Origin: a virus
Taxonomy: Duplodnaviria; Caudoviricetes
Direction: 5' to 3' (one strand)
DNA: 48,054 nucleotides
IMG/VR virus record: IMGVR_UViG_3300031953_000029
Span: 1 to 48,054 of that record
The notes below the pieces were generated by a model, which was not told the origin of the DNA, ran no database searches, and worked only from the letters and a program-made list of their open reading frames with translations. The translations under genes were made by a program, and so were the position numbers. Numbering within the stretch: the stretch's first letter is position 1; every line of letters starts with the position of its first letter. This document shows, piece after piece, positions 43,941 through 48,054 of this stretch.

Positions 43941-45284
43941 ATGACCACTACCCCCCTCATCGATGGCTTCGCCAACTTCGTAACCAACCTTGGCGCGACG
44001 AACCCCGCCGCCCAAGGCCGCTACGTTCCGCGACTGACCACCCAGCACGAGGTGGAGACGACGTACGACACGTCTACGTGGTTCGGCAAGATCATCGATA
44101 TCCGTGCGGACGATGCGACCCGTGAGTGGCGTTCGTGGAAGGCTGAGCAGGACGAGATTGAGGACCTAGAGGGCCTAGAGAAGCGTCTGGGCGTACAGGC
44201 CAAGATTAACCAAGCGCTCAAGTGGGCCGATCTGTACGGTGGGGCCGTCATTATCCCCGACCTGCCCGGCAACTCTGCGGCCCCCCTACGGCCCGAGTCG
44301 GTCAATGGGTGGAACATGCGGTTCCTGACCGTGCTTCACCGCTGGCAGATCAGCCCCCAAGGCCAGATCAGGAACCCACTCGACCCTAATTACGGCAAGC
44401 CTGAGAAATGGCAAGTACCCGTTCAGAGTGGGGTCCAGCTGAACTTCCACCCGTCACGGGTCATCCTGGTCAATGGTCGGTCCCATGGGCACCAGACGGA
44501 CATTTGGGGCAAGTCCATATGGGAGCATATGGCCGATTCGGTCCTATCTGCCGACGGGGCCGCTGCGGTCATTTCCGCTCTGCTCAAAGAGGCCAAGATT
44601 GACGTGATCCGGCTGGATGGCATGGCGGACAGCATGGCTAATGACGCGTCTGAGGCTAAGTTACTCAAACGCTGGCAGCTAGTCGCACAACTTAAGTCTA
44701 TTGCCAATGTCACCCTGTTGGACAAGCAGGACGAATGGGACCAAAAGAGCGTTGATTTCTCGGGCCTCCCCGCCGTCATCGAGCAGCTATTGACCATTAT
44801 GGCCGGTGCTGCCGACATCCCCGTTACGCGCCTGATTGGCACGTCTGCCAAGGGGTTGAACGCGACGGGCGATGGGGACTTGCGGAACTACTATGACGGG
44901 ATCAAGGCCAAGCAGGACCTTAGCCTCGCCCCGCAACTGGCCCCGCTGGACGATATGCTCATCCGGTCCGCACTGGGCGACCGGCCCGACAATATCTGGT
45001 ACGACTGGAAGCCCCTGTGGCAACCCGACGAAAAGACCAAATGGGAAACCGAGAAGCTGCGGACCGAGACGTTCCAGATTGCCCTTGCGACCGCTGCGGT
45101 GGATGAGGAAGTACTGACCAAAACGTACCTGAATGGTTCCGTCGAGACCGGGCTGTACCCAGGGATTGAGCAGGCCATTGCGGACGCATCGGACGATGGG
45201 CTTGCGGCGGGGAGTGAAGAACCAGAGGACCCTAGCGCCATAGTGGCGGGGGCGGAACAGGAGACTAACAATGTGGCCGTTTAG
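43941..45284 (+). CDS. Portal protein (DUF1073-like)
   Basis: IID..A.DATR.W, HPSR, AGAADIP.TRL.G.S..GLNATG..D..NYYD motifs; TTGCTC-N17-TAGTGT-N6-ATG promoter. Confidence 0.88.
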   Translation: MTTTPLIDGFANFVTNLGATNPAAQGRYVPRLTTQHEVETTYDTSTWFGKIIDIRADDATREWRSWKAEQDEIEDLEGLEKRLGVQAKINQALKWADLYGGAVIIPDLPGNSAAPLRPESVNGWNMRFLTVLHRWQISPQGQIRNPLDPNYGKPEKWQVPVQSGVQLNFHPSRVILVNGRSHGHQTDIWGKSIWEHMADSVLSADGAAAVISALLKEAKIDVIRLDGMADSMANDASEAKLLKRWQLVAQLKSIANVTLLDKQDEWDQKSVDFSGLPAVIEQLLTIMAGAADIPVTRLIGTSAKGLNATGDGDLRNYYDGIKAKQDLSLAPQLAPLDDMLIRSALGDRPDNIWYDWKPLWQPDEKTKWETEKLRTETFQIALATAAVDEEVLTKTYLNGSVETGLYPGIEQAIADASDDGLAAGSEEPEDPSAIVAGAEQETNNVAV

Positions 45285-45440
45285 TAAGAAAGACTACCGC
45301 TACCCGAACTTTGCTTGGGCGGACCTCGCTCAGCAGCGGCTGGACGTGATCATTGACCAGAGCCACGAGATTGAGGACCTGAAGGACAGTAACGAACGTC
45401 TGGCCGATGCGCTTGCTGCGGCTAAGGAGCGCGCGGGTGA

Positions 45441-45638
45441 ATGACCAAGCGCCAACACTTCATTGCGTTTCTTTTAATGCTCCCCGGCGTACCATTCGCC
45501 TTGCCCTTGGCTCTGTTGGGGCTGTTCTTCAGGTATGGCCTTATCGCAGTTGAGTGGCTCTATGACGTAGTGGGAGTGCCATTCCTATGGGTTAATCGTA
45601 TGTGGGCGATCCGTTGCGAGCGGGTGAACCGTGGCTAA
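45441..45638 (+). CDS. Small membrane protein
   Basis: Hydrophobic; between portal and minor head gene. Confidence 0.5.
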   Translation: MTKRQHFIAFLLMLPGVPFALPLALLGLFFRYGLIAVEWLYDVVGVPFLWVNRMWAIRCERVNRG

Positions 45639-46431
45639 CCTTGACCTCCGCTCCCTCCTGCGCCAACAGGGTCGCAAGCGGCCCTTAGCCCTTCGCCCTA
45701 TCACAACCACACAGGCGCAACAGCGTGCCTTGTACCGCCTGTACCTACCTGCCGTACAAGCATGGGTAGATGGGTCAGAGCGAATTGTTGCCGAGTATGG
45801 GCGTACCTTTTCCCAATTATCCCTTGACTCTCCTTCAGACGTTGCTGCGGAGATTTCCGCTACTGATGAGGGGGCCGTAAAGGCTACGTTTGACTTCCGG
45901 GCGTTCTTTGTCGAGTGGGCTCAAGCTCTCCAACTTTGGCATATTAACCGCATTGGCTCGCAACTGACCTATGCCACCGGCTTACAGCTAACGCAGTTCC
46001 TCGGTCCCGTCGATCTGACCGTGGAGGATTACCTAGAACGGAACACCGCGCTCATTCGGGACATCTCAGACCAAGCGCGCGGGCGGATCGCGGACATTGT
46101 ATTTCGCGGGCTGTCCAACCGTACGCCGACCCGTGAGGTTGCCAAGGAGATTGCGGAAGCGACGGGACTCGCGCGCAAACGGGCGATTCGGGTTGCCATT
46201 GACCAAACTGTCAAGCTAAGTGCTGCATTGGACCGCCAACGTCAATTCGACCTGGGTTTTCGAGCGTTCACATGGTTCCACAGCGGAAAACGGCACTTCC
46301 GTCCGGTACACAAGGAGCGTGATATGAAGGTGTTCTCGTGGGAGTCCGACATCGCCAAGGACGACCCCCCCGGCTACCAGCCATTTTGCGGTTGCCGTGC
46401 CGCTGGATATCTGGACCCGAACGAGGAATGA
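45631..46431 (+). CDS. Head morphogenesis protein (Mu gpF/SPP1 gp7-like)
   Basis: RA...A.DQT.K, W.....R..H and PG....CGC motifs. Confidence 0.85.
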   Translation: MANLDLRSLLRQQGRKRPLALRPITTTQAQQRALYRLYLPAVQAWVDGSERIVAEYGRTFSQLSLDSPSDVAAEISATDEGAVKATFDFRAFFVEWAQALQLWHINRIGSQLTYATGLQLTQFLGPVDLTVEDYLERNTALIRDISDQARGRIADIVFRGLSNRTPTREVAKEIAEATGLARKRAIRVAIDQTVKLSAALDRQRQFDLGFRAFTWFHSGKRHFRPVHKERDMKVFSWESDIAKDDPPGYQPFCGCRAAGYLDPNEE

Positions 46432-46501
46432 TGCTAGGTTGAGCGGACCGGGGAGCATGTGGAGTGCTCAACCCGGCCCTTAAACACCGTGGGAGAACAC
46501 G

Positions 46502-47230
46502 ATGCCTAAAGATACGATATGCTCAATTGACGGCTGTGGCAAGCGAGCTAAAGGGCGCGGCTGGTGCGCTGCCCATTGGTGGCGTTGGAAGAACCACGGC
46601 GACCCACTGGTCTTGAAACCAAAGGCGGTTAAGTCTGACTTTTGCAATGTGGAGGGCTGCCAAAATCCACCGAGTGGCAAGAAGGGGATGTGCAACGCCC
46701 ACTATTTGCGTCAGTACCGCCACGGTGACGTACATCACACAGAACGCGCGGCTAATGGGACTATTCAAAAATGGTTCTTCGATCATATGAGCTACGACGG
46801 GGAACAATGCCTCACGTGGCCATTTACTGTAGGTCATGATGGACGAGGCAGGATCGCAGTCGGTGAGTTTAGACAAGCCCATCGATACATGTGCTTCCTC
46901 TTAAATGGACCTGCGCCCTCCACTATACATGAAGCGGCCCATTCATGCGGAAAGGGCCATGAAGCCTGCGTACACCCAAAGCACCTTCGCTGGGCAACGC
47001 CAGTAGAGAACGCAGCGGATCGTGAAATTCATGGTACTCAGGCAAGAGGTGAAAAGCACCACTCTTCTAAACTTACCCGGGACCAAGTAGACCTGATCAG
47101 GGATATGCGGTATTCTGGTCTAGCCAACGGGGAAATTGGTGCCCTATTTGGGGTTCATGCCGAAACAGTAGGCGACATCTACAGAGGTATCACATGGCAA
47201 CCGGCTCCAAACGTCACTCGGACCGACTGA
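46502..47230 (+). CDS. Free-standing HNH homing endonuclease
   Basis: Two C...GC...G.C..H...HGD repeats; H.CG....CV.P.HL.W.T..EN nuclease core; C-terminal HTH. Confidence 0.85.
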   Translation: MPKDTICSIDGCGKRAKGRGWCAAHWWRWKNHGDPLVLKPKAVKSDFCNVEGCQNPPSGKKGMCNAHYLRQYRHGDVHHTERAANGTIQKWFFDHMSYDGEQCLTWPFTVGHDGRGRIAVGEFRQAHRYMCFLLNGPAPSTIHEAAHSCGKGHEACVHPKHLRWATPVENAADREIHGTQARGEKHHSSKLTRDQVDLIRDMRYSGLANGEIGALFGVHAETVGDIYRGITWQPAPNVTRTD

Positions 47231-47589
47231 AGCGTATGGCGCAGCGTACACCCCAAGCAGTAGCGCGCGCCCTATACGCTGCTGGTCAAATTATCGAGCT
47301 TGATTGGGAGAAGTCTATCACAGCCGGGTCCATTTCTGGCAAGGGACATATCCCATCCCTGCCCGGTCAACCCTCGAACTCTGACACTCACCACTTGGAC
47401 TCCAATATTGAAACCCGCATCGGCGGTCCGGGACTAGTCGTGGTGGAATCCCTTGCGGAATATGCTGCCGCCCAGGAGTTCGGCACCTCAAAAATTGCGC
47501 CTAGACCAGCAGCTAGACCCGCTACGGAACGCAACCGCAAGAAGGTCGTTCAGATGGTTGGTGACGCGGTGAACATTACGATCAGATAG
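47194..47589 (+). CDS. Neck/tail-completion protein (HK97 gp10-like)
   Basis: S.PG.P...DT..L..NI and YA...EFGTS...PRP..RPA motifs. Confidence 0.75.
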   Translation: MATGSKRHSDRLKRMAQRTPQAVARALYAAGQIIELDWEKSITAGSISGKGHIPSLPGQPSNSDTHHLDSNIETRIGGPGLVVVESLAEYAAAQEFGTSKIAPRPAARPATERNRKKVVQMVGDAVNITIR

Positions 47590-47593
47590 GGTG

Positions 47594-47623
47594 TTGACAC
47601 GCCCGACAACCTGTGGCCATATG
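47594..47623 (+). promoter_or_regulatory. Promoter upstream of putative ncRNA locus
   Basis: TTGACA-N18-CATATG with no credible downstream CDS. Confidence 0.55.
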
Positions 47624-47629
47624 GCGTCA

Positions 47630-48054
47630 ACGGGGTGGGCATGCAAGCTTCCCCAAGGGGCCGTAACCTCCAAAGTCCGGCTCCTACCTAACAAGACCCG
47701 ACACGCTGATCGTAGCGCACCCGTCGGGTTACTAATACGCAGCGCCCTCCCTGTGGCGCGCGTTTCCCCGACCGGGCAAGTGCCCCTCCTCGCTTAGTCC
47801 GGTCGGGGCTTTCAAATTTGCCGAAGGGCCGATGTGTTGGCCTTCATTCAGTAGCGCCCCGTCCGTGAAATGCGGCAAAGAGACGGGAACTAGTTTCATA
47901 GCGAGAAAACGGTAACGAGACCAGCAACGCAGAACCGGAATACGCGTAGAATACTGCAAGCGGTGACAGCCCGGAGAGACGGGTCCACTAATTCGCCCGA
48001 TGGGGCGTACGAGCAGCCACAAACCCACGGTTCGAGTCCGTGCTTTGGGTCAAG
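47630..48054 (+). ncRNA. 5' part of putative large structured ncRNA
   Basis: Dense stems (47695-47730, 47738-47762, 47766-47808, 47823-47845; CAGTA/TACTG and CCCGTC/GACGGG pairings); GNRA and CCTCC loops. Confidence 0.6.
47928..48054. repeat. Terminal exact direct repeat (copy 2)
   Basis: Identical to 1-127. Confidence 0.95.

Noticed and set aside
43941-45284. Portal as an anti-CBASS Acb1 fusion
   Set aside because: No C-terminal 2H phosphodiesterase domain with paired HxT/S motifs is visible; the protein ends in an acidic tail.
47928-48054. 127-bp terminal repeat as a biological direct terminal repeat
   Set aside because: Its length equals a common assembler k-mer and it cuts through a continuous structured locus, so it is best read as circular overlap.

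Overview
The window is an apparently complete, circularly permuted tailed-phage genome of siphovirus type. Bases 1-127 are repeated exactly at 47928-48054, so the unit length is about 47,927 bp. It carries modules for packaging, head, neck/tail, lysis and replication (PolB, SSB, DUF2800-like nuclease, SF2 helicase, primase-helicase), plus three candidate DNA-modifying enzymes. I found no integrase, so it is probably lytic. GTA-like tail genes and the promoter style suggest an alphaproteobacterial host (inference). All family names come from motif recognition and gene order, not database searches. The main signals not explained by the gene list are: (1) a ~560-nt ORF-poor, highly structured putative ncRNA locus across the origin, with anti-Shine-Dalgarno hairpin loops, repeated GGTGACA..CCGGAGAGACGG modules and an anticodon-less tRNA-like element; (2) two promoter classes, one carrying a TGAC-N6-GTCA palindrome ahead of SD-led accessory/early cassettes and one giving leaderless transcripts for late genes; (3) antisense accessory cassettes interleaved with the structural genes; (4) a Tat-signal mini-gene built from peptide motifs of three of the phage's own tail proteins; (5) paralogous shuffled micro-domain families and decaying genes.
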